64,000 nucleotides of DNA from Hypanus sabinus. Lineage: Eukaryota. Positions within the stretch are counted from its first letter, which is position 1. Each line of letters starts with the position of its first letter. The DNA is taken from assembly GCF_030144855.1 (NCBI RefSeq), contig NC_082716.1, positions 46,252,001-46,316,000 on the forward strand, in the 5' to 3' direction. Below are positions 39,270 to 50,853 of the stretch, piece by piece. The position numbers and the translations under genes are program-made. The notes beneath the pieces are model-generated. The model was not told where the DNA came from, did not search any database, and worked only from the letters and a program-made list of their open reading frames with translations.

Positions 39270-39402
39270 TAGTCCTGATGAAGGCTCTCGGTCCAAAACG
39301 ACAACTGTTTACTCTTTTCCATAGATACTGCCTGATCTGCTGAGTTCCTCCAGCATTTTGTGCCCTACTTTGATTTTCCAGCATCTGCAGATTTTCTCAT
39401 GA
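39270..39402 (+). mobile_element. Penelope pseudo-LTR fragment with a degenerate hammerhead
   Basis: agtcctgatgaaggctctcggtccaaaacg (GAAA core mutated) ... ccagcatctgcagattttctc. Confidence 0.75.
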
Positions 39403-40809
39403 ATGGGTAATAACACATTTCCTTTCAGTTAAAGATGCCTGTTTCTACTTTCCTCATCATGTCGTCCTTTCAAAGGATGGCTGTTTCCAAACACTCTTAT
39501 TTTATTAATACTGTTTCTCAAATCCAAAGCATATTGCTGGAAAGCTGTCTCAGCTATGCTTTCACTGGGTGTCAATCTCATGCTCTTTTTCATTGCACTT
39601 TTGTTCTGTTCTTCTTAGCATCTTTAGCAAGCCAAGCATCCTCCCAGCACCTGTCAGGATTTTTGATATCCTGAGCAGAGAAAGAGTACACAGGTACCTG
39701 AGGGCAACTTTCTCCCCTCCCCACAAGCAGTACAGAATGTGGCATGAAATGGAACAAGCTGCCAAAGGAAGTGGTAGAGGCAGGTAGAATTATGACATTT
39801 AAAAGGCATTTAGAAGGAAAGGTTCAGAGGGATATGAGCCAAATGCAGAATGCTATTAGCTCAGTTCAGCAGTTTTGATAGTTTAACTGGTAATAAAGGG
39901 CATTTACATATTTCTTACCTCAATAATCTTAATATTTTTAAGCATTATTCTAAATTTGTATTTTTAAAACTGCAATACATCTATGCTTAAGTAGATATTA
40001 CAAATATAAGACTTCTGGGATACAATTTTTATTTCCTCCTATTTCACAATGTTTGGAGCTTGTTTAAGCAATCATCAAAGCAGTGATAACAAATATTGGC
40101 ATTCGTTCAAATATTCTCCAAACTTTAATGAGAGTCCGGTTTCAAACAGATTAGTCAATTTGATTTCCATATTTTTACCATCATATATTCTATAGCATGT
40201 GTAAACTTTGGCATTCTTTGGCCTTTTTAAAACTGGAAATGAACTAACAGCTCCTATGCAGATGACTTATCCATGTTATTAATTTTCCACCATTCCGTTT
40301 TTGTCACATTATCAGTGTTAAAACAAAATCATACTTCAGTTTTAAATGTGGCATGATTTATGTTAATGAGGCCAAACCATTCACAGCACTCTCCTGTCCT
40401 AATAGAAGAAAACAAGTAACACTGATGTTAGAATCCAAGTACAGAAATGCTGGAAGAACTGAGTTGAGGAACATAAGTAGAAGGAGAAACCAGTCAATGC
40501 TTTTGATCAGCAACTCTTCCTCAGAACTGATGTGATGCTGGGGAAGGGTCAGGGGACTGACCTAAAACATTGACCGGTTTCTTCTACCACAGATGCTGCT
40601 GACTAGCTGAGTTCTTCCATCATTTCTGTAACTGTTTCTATCCTAGTAAAGCATTATTCAACGGATCACAAAGTGCGAGTCTGTAATCTTAGTACCAAAA
40701 CTATTATTCATTTATTAAGATTGCATTTATTATACATATTGTTCTATCTTTAGAATAATAAAATGAAATTAGCTGTAATATTTCAGTTAAATGGCCACAA
40801 CCAGACTAT

Positions 40810-41113
40810 GTAAGTTTCTTCCTCCAAGCTATCAGACTCAATACCCAGAGCCTGGACTGACACCTACTTACTACCCTATTGTCTTATTATTTATTGTAAT
40901 GCCTGCACTGTTTCATGCACTTTATGCAGTCCTAGGTAGGGCTGTAGTCTAGCATAGTTTTTCTTTCTCTGTGTTGTTTTTTACGTAGTTCAGTCTAGTT
41001 TTTGTACTGTTTCATGTAACACCATGGCCCTGAAAAACATTGTCTCGTTTTCACTGTGTACTGTACCAGCAGTTATGGTCGAAATGACAATTAAAAAGTG
41101 ATTTGACTTGACT
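40810..41113 (+). mobile_element. Rex1/Babar 3' end
   Basis: agtttcttcctccaagctatcagactc (SFFLQAIRL) ... gaaatgacaattaaaaagtgatttgacttgact. Confidence 0.7.
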
Positions 41114-41327
41114 AATAACATTGTAAAGCTCAAGCCAATTTAACTAGTTCTTCATGGCACTGAGCAATTTATCAAAATACATGCATGTCAAACTCCTATA
41201 ATGTAGGCAGAAAAGGCATAGGAAGCATAATTATATAAACACGAGGCTGTAATGCTATGGCTTTATATGGTATTGGTCAAAATGCTCTTGGAGTATTACA
41301 AGTTTTGGGACCACAAAAGAGATTTTA

Positions 41328-41500
41328 CAGATGCACAAAATGCTGGTGGAACTCAGCAAGTCAGGCAACATCAATGGTTGGGAGCAGACAGCTGACATTT
41401 CAGGCTGGAACCCTTCATCAGAACTGGGAAGGAATGGTGCAGAAATCACAAGAAGGTGGGGGGGGAGGGGAAGGAATCTAAGCTGGCATATGATAGTTGG
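41328..41500 (-). mobile_element. Penelope pseudo-LTR fragment
   Basis: cacaaaatgctggtggaactcagc; reverse complement ctgatgaagggttccagcctgaaatgtc. Confidence 0.7.
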
Positions 41501-41574
41501 AGGCCAACAACTTATTAATATTCAAAAACATTTCTCCTAGCAGTTGGTGTAGAAATACAGTAAGAATCCATTGC

Positions 41575-41632
41575 TTTATTTCCCATGTTCATATAGAAAT
41601 ACGAAGTTCATTAAATCATCAACAAATTTATT
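41575..41632 (-). terminator. Candidate polyadenylation signals of mrpl55
   Basis: Minus-strand AATAAA at 41632-41627 and 41580-41575, about 105-160 nt after the stop codon. Confidence 0.55.
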
Positions 41633-41736
41633 GAGACTTATATATATGAGCACCATCAATCTGCCGTTCTAGTGCCGTTGACACATCAAGCCTTTCACTA
41701 ATGGCTTTGCCTTTCTAAAACCCAACAATCTGAAGA

Positions 41737-41883
41737 TTATTTTTTCTTCCAGAATTTGCTGTAATCTTCAACTTTAAATTCATCTTCAAGTTGCTCTTCT
41801 TTTACTTTGACTTTCTTGGGGCGACGTTTGTGCATTCTTGCTTTCCGTTCAGCTTCTGGTAGAAGAGAAACATCCACTGGCAT
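41737..41883 (-). CDS. mrpl55: mrpl55 coding exon 3 (terminal)
   Basis: cag|MPVDVSLLPEAERKARMHKRRPKKVKVKEEQLEDEFKVEDYSKFWKKK*; total CDS 390 nt = 129 aa. Confidence 0.92.
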   Translation of the reverse strand: MPVDVSLLPEAERKARMHKRRPKKVKVKEEQLEDEFKVEDYSKFWKKK

Positions 41884-42520
41884 CTGTAACAAATCATTTA
41901 CAGAGTATTCTCAAAATTATGGTAAACAACCCAATACCTGTGTCACAACAATACTCAATGTACTTACAAGCATATGACGTAAATTGTCAAAGGATATATT
42001 TTTTGTCGAGATATTCTTCACAGAGGCTATTACACCCGTCTCTCGAAGCAACCCCATTCCTCTATTGTATTATTATTCTTTCCAACATACCCATCAATTC
42101 CTTGGCAGTTCTCCTAACACCTACCACTACTAGCATTATTGAAAATAATCAATTCATCCTAACAACCTATGTAAGAGAAAACTGAAGAACCTAGAAACCC
42201 ATGCAGTTATTAGAAGAATGTACAAATATATATAAACCTTCTTTACCTACCCTTGCATTTTCACAGAAAAATGCCCATATCACCTTGAACCCCTTTGTTC
42301 TTGCATCCCGTTTAGAATTGTGCTTTCTAGCTTACACTTTCTCTCCAGTCCTCCTATCAATATTCCTCACAATTAAATTTCATCTTTCCATTTCACCAGC
42401 CTATCTGTCTCCTCAGAGGACTACAAAACACAAAGTACTCTGCAGATGCTGTGGTCAAATCAACACGTACAAACAAGCTGGAGGAACTCAGCAGATCAGG
42501 CAGCATCCTTGGAAATGAGC

Positions 42521-42556
42521 AGTCAACGTTTCGGGCCGAGACCCTTCGTCAGGACT
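42521..42556 (-). ncRNA. Minimal hammerhead ribozyme motif in a Penelope pseudo-LTR fragment (~42424-42556)
   Basis: Reverse complement agtcCTGACGAagggtctcggcccGAAAcgTTgact; stem I agtc/gact fully paired. Confidence 0.7.
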
Positions 42557-43157
42557 ATCCTGCCCACAGCTTATTCCATATCAGGGTTTTGGAATGCATG
42601 GAGGTAGGAAAATAACACAATATAAATGATAAATTATATATTTTAAGAAAATTTATGATATTCACAGGCACTTGCACTCATCCCTTTTACTTCGTAGTGC
42701 CCAGTCTCAAGATTACATTAAACTAACAACACTGAACATCTGATCTATAAAAAAACATTAGTTTAATGAGGACATTTAACTTTTAAATAAATTATTTAAA
42801 ATATTATTTAAAAATTATTAAAAAAGTATTATTTAAAAATTATATTAGTTAAGTTAAAAACTATAAAAATGCCCTAATGAAAGAAACTGAAGTATGGACT
42901 TGTGGTACCTTATCACACTAGTAGGAGAGTCTCAAGCAAAGAGGTGATAACAACATGATAAAGGGCCAGTCATTTAAAACAGAAATAAACTTTAAATTTT
43001 TTTCTCTTGGAAGTTGGTAAATCTCTGCCCCAGCTGGAAGCTGGATAATCAGGAGTGTTCAAAGTAGAAGGCAATAAATAATTTTTAGATGTGGAATAGA
43101 GTGTTTTGGAGAAATGGTGCAGAACAGAAATCGAGGCTAGCACAGATCAGCCACCAT

Positions 43158-46100
43158 TGTTACGATATATTTGTACGTGCACTCGTGGGCAGACAATTAA
43201 AGTCGGTGCGCATGCGCCGTTGTTTTTATCTGAAATATCTGTCTCAAAACATGGTGGCAGCAGTGGTGCTCAGAAAATTTGCTTTTTCTCAACCGCAACG
43301 CCCAATTTTTTGGCAGCACAATAATAGAGCAACTCTGAAACATCGGAGGGTGAGTGTAAGTGTAGAAAAGTATCAACCGAGATGAGCAACTAGCCACAAA
43401 TAGAGATGGGTGTAGAAACAACACCCAGAGGTGAGACAGCAGAATCTCAGCAGCACCCAGCACCCACGGGCGACCCTGTGCTGGGGAACCATGGTCGGGC
43501 CAGAAGTCCTCCCCCAGTCAGCGGCATTCGCCTGCCACTGGCCATGACGTTCAACCACGGACTGATAGACGAATGGAAGACATGGCGGCAGATGTGGACT
43601 CACTACAGCGTCATGGCACAACTGCACAAACAAGTTCCAGAATACCAGACGGCATTAATTTTGCATACAATTGGACCGTCAGGACTTGAGGTCTACAACA
43701 GTTTTGTGTTCGCAGATGAGGCTGAAAGCCAAGACCTTACAAAGATTTTAGCTGCATTTGACAGATATGCTATCGGGGAGAAAAATGAGACACGTGAACG
43801 GTACTTGTTCAACAAGCGGCAACAAGAACAAGATGAGACAAGATGAGTTTCTTGCCAGCCTTAGATCTCTTGCAGAGACATATAATCTTTGCTCGCGTAT
43901 GTCAGACAGTCTGCTGAGAGACAAGATCGTACTGGGCATTAATGACTCTCAAACCAGAAAACGTCTGTTACAAGAGAGAAAGCTAACGCTCAATAACTGC
44001 ATTGACATCTGTAAAAGCACAGAAATGGCTGAATCACACCTACAACTATTCAGTACAGCTGCAGATAGCAGATCCACTGCTGTCCATGGGATTAAACCTC
44101 GCGCTAACAAGAAAGGTTCGAAGCATCCTGGACAGAAGGCTAGTGCTTCCGGTGGAGCCAGAGCAAAAGGTACCTTGAACAGCTGCAGAAGTAAAGTGAA
44201 CCCTTGCAAGTACTGTGGCACAGAACATGTAAGAGACAAGCAACAATGCCCAGCATACGGACAGGCTTGTGGCATTCGAAATCACTTTGCAAAGGTATGC
44301 AAGCAGAAGCCTGTGCATAGGGTGGAAGCACAAAGCGATGACCAAACCGACAGTGACAGCAGCACCAAGTTTATTGACAATGTCATACTGGTGGCCAACA
44401 GTTTGAAGACAAAGGATGACGTATTCGCACAGATGCTCATCAATGGAAAGCCAATAGATTTCCAAGACCACAGCAGGTCAAGCATTAACATTTTACCCCG
44501 CAAATACTTGGAGGGAGTAGATCACACACCAAGACAATGCACAAAAAAGCTGATGATGTGGAACAAGACCACCATGGATGCAGAAGGGATGTGCAGAGTG
44601 AAATTGCATAACCCCACGACGAACCGCAAATATTCTGTCAAATTTGTTGTGGTCACTGACAACTTTACAACATTATTGGGAAGCAGGGCCAGCCAGCAAA
44701 TGAAGCTGATTATGATCACCGATGACAACTTTTGCAGAGTGCATGTATCTACACTCAAAGAAAAACAATGCACACCAGAAGAATGCTATGAAGAGGTGTT
44801 CTTCGATGCGCTCAGGGAGCTTCCGGGTGCAGCCCATCTACAGATTGATGCGGAAGTTCAACCCACAGCGTTATCCCACGACATCTAACTCACGCTATGA
44901 AGCAGAAAGTGAAAGCTGAGCTTGATCAACTGGTAGATCGCAAGGTGATAGCTCCAGTCCATGAACATAGAAGGTGGGTTAGCCAGCTAGTGGTTGCAGA
45001 GAAGATGCATTGACCCTTGACCTTTGAACAAAGCACTGAGGAGAGAACACTACCCTCTTCCGGTAATAGAGGACATTTTGCCATATTTTGACCAGTAAGC
45101 TTGATATGAGTTCTGCATTCTGGCAAGTGAAATTGGACAGTGAATCAAGCGTGCTCACCACCTTCAACATACCTTTTGGGTGGTATAGATGACTCAGACT
45201 TCCGTTTGGAATCAGCATGTCATCAGGCACTGGAAGGATTACCGGCAATGATCTGCGTCACAGATGACATTCTGGTGTACTGAAAAGGGGAAACGCAGGG
45301 AAGGGCAATCGCCGATCATGATGTGAAACTTGAGCAGCTATTACAGCGTTGTGCAGAGCAGCATATCAGGCTCAACAAGAACAAATCTGTCTTCAGAGCG
45401 ACAGAGATACCCCTTTTGGGGCATCTCATCACAAGTGAGGGACTTCAGCCAGATCCTAAAAAGGTCGCTGACGTTCTCAACATGCCAGCACCCACAGATG
45501 TGCAGGGAGTGCAGTGATTGATCGGATTTGTCAACTACCTGAGCTGTTTCCTACCAAGTCTCTCAGATACCTTGAGCCAATAAGACAGCTGACAGAGCCA
45601 GATGTAGCATGGGAGTGGTCAGCTGAGCAGCAAAACACTCTCTCCAAGACCAAGCCGATGGTATCTGCAGCACCGGTGTTAGCATACTACAATTTTAAGA
45701 AAGAGCTAACCATCCAATGAGATGCCAGCAACAAAGGCCTAGGGGCAGCACTTCTCCAGAAGAATGCAAGCAGAGCGCTAACGGACACAGAAACGCTTTA
45801 CACAGTGATCGAAAAGGAAATGCTTGCAATCGTTTTTGCACTTGAGCATTTTCATCAATACACTTTTGACTGCTTCACAAGAGTACTCTGCGATCACAAA
45901 CCTTCAAAATGATAGTTAAGAAGCCATTGGTGAAGGCACCAAAGTGCCTACAGGGAATGCTTCTTCGCCTGCAGAGCTATGATTTCGACATCACCTACTA
46001 TCAAGGAAAGCTCACGCACCTCACAGATACGCTATTGTGAGCAGTTAGCAGTGCTCCAGACCAGGAGAATATCTTCGACGAAGTCAACATGCTATTGCAC

Positions 46101-47725
46101 CTGCCAATCCGCGATGAGCTACCAGAGCAACTCGCACCTTACTGTAGCTATAGGGATGAGCTTGCAGTCCAAGATGGCTTAATCTTCAAAGGTGAGCGTG
46201 TCACCATACCGCAAAGTGAACAAAAGCAAATGAAGGAAAGGATTCATTCGTCACACTTGAGCATAGAAGGATGCCTCAGACGCACACGCGAATGTCTTTT
46301 TTGGCCAGGCATAAGCAGTGACATCAAGCAATATATTGCTACATGTGATGTATGTTGCACATACGAAATGAATCAGCAGAAAGAATCGCCTATAAGTCAT
46401 GAGGTACCTGCTTGGCCGTGGGAAAAGATAGGTACCGACCTACTTACATTCGAAGGAAAAGAGTACCTCATCACAGCTGATTACTACAGCTATTACTTCA
46501 AGGTAGACCTTCTTTGCGATATGACCAGCACTGCCGTTATTCGCAAACTGAAGGCTCACTTTCAAGATATGGTAGCCCAACACAAGTGATAATGGGCCAC
46601 AATACACGTCAGCGGAATTTCACAGATTTACATGAGAATGGGATTTTGAGCTCTTGTGTAGCAGTCCCGGAAATAGCAAAGCAAATGGAAAAGCTGAATC
46701 AGCAGTTAAAACAGCTAAGCGGATCCTCACAAAGAGCAGCAAATTGCGAGCAGATCCCTACCTTGCACTTATAAACCAGCTCAACACACCTTCGCAAGGG
46801 CTCAGCACGAGTCCTGCCCAGCGTCTGATGAATTGTCACACAAGCATACAAAACAACGCGTCCAGCAGCAGGCCGACAATTACAACAAATCAGCCAAAGA
46901 TCTTGCCCCACTCGACGAAGGGGATACTGTGGGCGTGCAACCCCTGGTGCAAGGTAAAAAGAATTGGGAGAAAGCAATTGCGTGTTGGCGCCTTGATGAG
47001 CGTTCATATGCAGTTCAAACCCCTTCTGGGATCTACTTCACGCATACATCTACGAAACACGGCCGAGGAACCGCCTGAAAAGCACATTATCAGGCAAAAT
47101 CAGGTCAAACAACCAAGATCAATGATCACAGTGTGCCTACCGCATCAAATGCACACACAAACACTAGCAGACGCTAGTGATACAACACAAACGTTGAAAC
47201 ATGCAAATAACAAACAAGAAGACTCAGACAAAACAGTAAAAACTCGTTCTGGCCGCACAGTGAAAAGGCCACAATACCTAGAAGACTTTGTCCTACACAG
47301 AATAATTGTATGAACAATAAGACTGTGACACTATTTGGCATTTTAATGCCATGTTTATACTCAGAGGAGGACCATGTCCTATTTGAGGTTGTGTAGTTTG
47401 TAGTTTGATGTTAAAGTCGAATTTTAGTATGTTTTATATTTTGTATATATGCTCCCACAAACAGAAATAATGAGTGGTATGTATTTGTGACACGCATAGA
47501 GACATAAAGCATGATTAATGAATGCTTTGAAAGTTAATCCCATGAAAATATACTGGAAAGCAGACTCCAGAGAAATGAGTTTAATTGTTAAATACAATTG
47601 TTCCTTTACTTTGTTTTGATATAAAGAGGGATGTTATGATATACTTGTACGTGCACTCATGAGCAGATGATTGAAGTTGGTGCGCATGTGATATTGTTTT
47701 TATCTGAAATATCTGTCTTGAAACA
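43158..47725 (+). mobile_element. Gypsy/Ty3 (Mag-like) LTR retrotransposon, full-length but pseudogenised, in mrpl55 intron 2
   Basis: 94-bp LTRs TGT..ACA (43158-43251, 47632-47725); PBS TGGTGGCAGCAGTGG (tRNA-Leu-like); PPT aaagaggga; TSD accat/gccat; gag LRDKIVLG and Zn knuckle; RT FGIS..TDDILV; RNase H DASNKGLGA; integrase H..H..CDVC, PWEKIGTD; inserted in a CR1 3'UTR. Confidence 0.95.
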
Positions 47726-47892
47726 GCCATCACTTAAAATGGTGGGGCAAGGTAGAAAGGCCTGGTGGCATGACCCCTGTTCCTATGTGAGTGGGTTCTA
47801 GCATATCATTTCTTGGAAATATTGTGAAACTCTTTTAAACTTTAGACCATTTATAAAAAAAACTAATTAAACATTAATTGGTAAATCCTTAC

Positions 47893-48094
47893 AGTGATAA
47901 TTCTTTTGGGCTCCTTGTATCGGATATTGATAGTAGATCCATCAGGTTGAACCAGCAGAACAGGATACAGCCTGGCGTAGACTTGCCTTCCAACGCGAAC
48001 TACTGAAGTTCTATTTGAATTGTTTCGTTTGGGCAGATTTTGCCAAGGACATGAGGCAGGAAGCAACCTTTCAGAAGCATTTAACTGTAAGAAA
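47893..48094 (-). CDS. mrpl55: mrpl55 coding exon 2
   Basis: tag|...[43 protein letters not shown]|gtaagg; matches the MRPL55 core [24 protein letters not shown]; 202 nt; acceptor chosen by frame. Confidence 0.9.
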
Positions 48095-48729
48095 CTATTA
48101 AATGTAAAAAAATTGTCAAAAAAATTTAAGTAAAATATTACCCAAACACTTTAACCACAAACTTCATTACACTCAAGCCCGTGTGAGCACTTCTATCATG
48201 ATGAAGTTTTAGATTTAAATATTTATTGAACTGACATAATTATAATTGATTTCTGAAGAGAAATTCTGTTCTGGCTCCTTTGATTATACCAAAGCATACA
48301 GTGTTACCAAACAGTCATAATTTTTCTAATACTCCTTTGGGAAATAATAGGCTTGCATTTATGTATCAATTTGCTCTGTCTCATAACCTTAGTAGGCTAT
48401 AGGCCAAGTGCTGGTAAATTGAATTAGTATAGATATGTGCATGACCTCTACATGGGCATGATGGCTAAAAGTTCCACTTCTGTGCTGAATTACTCAATGA
48501 CATCCCACAGCATAATATGGTAAAGTGCTTTCAAAGTGCACGTTATCTCATAGCAGACAATTAGTGCATAGCAAGCTACCATAATCCAGTAAGGACTAGA
48601 TAAATAGACCATTTAATATTTGTTTAAGAATTAATAATGAGATTACTGAGAGCAACTCATATTCTTTAAGATAATATTCAAAATTTTTGTCAACCTAAAA
48701 CATAATAACAAAACATTCCATACAAAGTA

Positions 48730-50110
48730 TAACATCTCCAACTATAGGAAGGATGACATTAAGCTGGAAAAAGTGCAGAGAAGATTCACAAGAATGTTAC
48801 CAGGACTGGAGAACTTGAGTGACAAGGAGACTGCAACTGTTTTTTTTTCTCTTGAGCCTATGATGCTGAGGGTGAGCTTATAGAGGTATATAAATCATGA
48901 GGGGCATACACAAGATGTATGGTAAGTTTTGTTCCTCAGGGCATGGGAGTAGAAGGCATTAGTTTATGGTGAGAAGGAAAGGTTTAAAGGGGCACAACTT
49001 TTCACACAGGTGGGAGAATGAGCTTCCAGAGAAAGTAGCAGAGGTTTGTAAAATTTAAAGTTTAAAATCGGACAAGTACATGGACAGTAGAGGCTGGGTT
49101 ATGGGATAATCACAGGCAAATAGGTTTAACTCATGTAGATATCTTGGTTGACATGGACGAGTTGGTCTAAAGGGCCTGCTTCCATGAGACACAAGACTTT
49201 AGATGCTGGAAGCTGGGGCAACAATCTACTGGCGAAACTCTGCAGAGGAAAGGAATTATTAATTTTTGAGTTGAAACTTTGTATCCTGATTTGGGCTGAA
49301 ATGTCAACAATTCCTTTCCTCCCACAAATGCTGTTCACCTGCTGAGTTCCTCCAGCAGAGTGTTGGGCCCATTTCTGTCTTGTATGATTCAATGACTGTA
49401 CTGCTGCACCAAACGAGATATCGGGCTAAGATCTAATGTAATAAACACAGCGGATTTATATTACAGTCAACCATTTAATGAATTGGCATTTGGTTCATTA
49501 AACACATTTACCAGCATTGCAATAAGATGAAATTAAACTTTTCTATTACTCAATTTTCTATTCTAAACTTCTTTAAAATTCAGAAATATGAAAGGTGTAA
49601 TCACTCTGTTGGGATTATACTACAGACCCCCAATATCCACTGGGAGATTGTGAAACAGATATACAGGCAGATTAGGGGAAAGAGCTAAAACAACAGGGTT
49701 GTTGGAGTGGCTGACTTCAACTTACCCTACGTAGACAGGGGTAAAAGATTTAGACAGGGCAGAATTTGTTAGGTGCACCAGAGGGATCATTAAATCAGTA
49801 AATAGATAGTTCAACTAGAGGAGGGGCTATACTGGAACCTAGCCAGGTGACAGACACGTCAATGGGAGAATGCTTAAGAAAAAGTAATCATAACACACAG
49901 TATCTGCAGATTTTCTCTTGCTAGTGATCACAACTCCTTAAGTTTTAAGATAAGGATGAACCTCATGGGAGAATATACAACTGGACCAAGGGTATTAGGC
50001 AGGATCTAGGAGTTAATTAGAAAAAGCTGTTTAGAGGCAAATCTACACCTGGCAGGTGGAGGGTGTTTAAAGATCAGTTGCAATTGACCTGAGGGCATAA
50101 CTGCAACAAA
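48730..50110 (+). mobile_element. CR1 fragments (48730-49190, 49590-50110) and a decayed Penelope mini element (~49190-49370)
   Basis: gtgcagagaagattcacaagaatgttaccaggactgg; ggattatactacagaccccc (GLYYRP); ctgctgagttcctccagca. Confidence 0.7.
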
Positions 50111-50149
50111 GGATGCAAACTCACGGCAGAAGCAGGAGATGAAGTTTAA

Positions 50150-50520
50150 CTCCAAGGATCGTGCCACAGAAAGACTTTCATTCCCCCGCCCCCCATTCCT
50201 CCCCGATTCGATGCCCTCAGCAGCAGACCAGAGTTCCGATGGCTCTCTGACTTTGTACACCGAGGTTGGGCACTACTGCGACTAATATTCTTCATTTCCA
50301 GCGCTGAGTCCGCTCTGCGCCTGCGCAATCCGTTACCGCCGATACTTACGGTGCAAACCACCGCAGCCGCGCGCTCCACGGGACCGCCATTTACCGACTC
50401 CGGAAGCGTTCAACACGAGAACCCGGTCCCCAGCGCAGCAGAGGCTCGGAACTGAGGTTCCCACCTCGTGGGCCGGCCCGGCGTGGTAATTAACCCATTC
50501 CTGATACCGCCGTGCCTTCG
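50150..50520. promoter_or_regulatory. CpG-rich promoter of mrpl55 with NRF1, YY1 and ETS/GABP motifs
   Basis: Locally high GC and CpG; TGCGCCTGCGCA 50316-50327 (NRF1); AAATGGCGG over the ATG (YY1); CCGGAAG 50400-50406 (ETS). Confidence 0.7.
50350..50390 (-). CDS. mrpl55: Mitochondrial ribosomal protein L55 (bL31m), coding exon 1
   Basis: ATG GCG GTC CCG TGG AGC GCG CGG CTG CGG TGG TTT GCA CC|gtaagt (MAVPWSARLRWFA-P), presequence-like, in a CpG-rich island; phase 2 fits exon 2. Confidence 0.8.
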
Positions 50521-50853
50521 GAACCCTTCATGTGTTTTACCCAATGCTTGAATACAGATGATGCTTTTGCATGGAAAACCTGTTCCCTGCAAAAGAATGT
50601 AGAATACTGATATTGTTATTGTCGGAATTGACTGGTTCGATGTCGCTCTGTTTCCAAGGAGACATTGCTGTGATAGCAAGACACGCGGAATGCTGCCGGA
50701 ACTCAGCTCGTCAGGCAGCGTCTGTGGAAATGAATAAACAGTCGACAGGACTGGAAAGGAAGAGGGAAGGCGACAGAATAAAAAGGTGGACAGAGGGAAG
50801 GAGGGATAGCTAGGCGGTGATAGGTGAGGCCAGGTGGGTAGGCAAAGTAAAGG

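Noticed and set aside
42775-42870. AT-rich quasi-repeat (also 2320-2380)
   Set aside because: Low-complexity sequence with no regular unit.
43758-44888. 376-aa gag/protease ORF as a possible domesticated gene
   Set aside because: Frameshifted from the upstream gag, protease catalytic motif degenerate, and pol full of stops; consistent with neutral decay.
48084-48087. Alternative mrpl55 exon 2 acceptor (ttcttacag|TTA)
   Set aside because: Phase 0, out of frame with the phase-2 exon 1; the acceptor at 48095-48096 keeps the frame.
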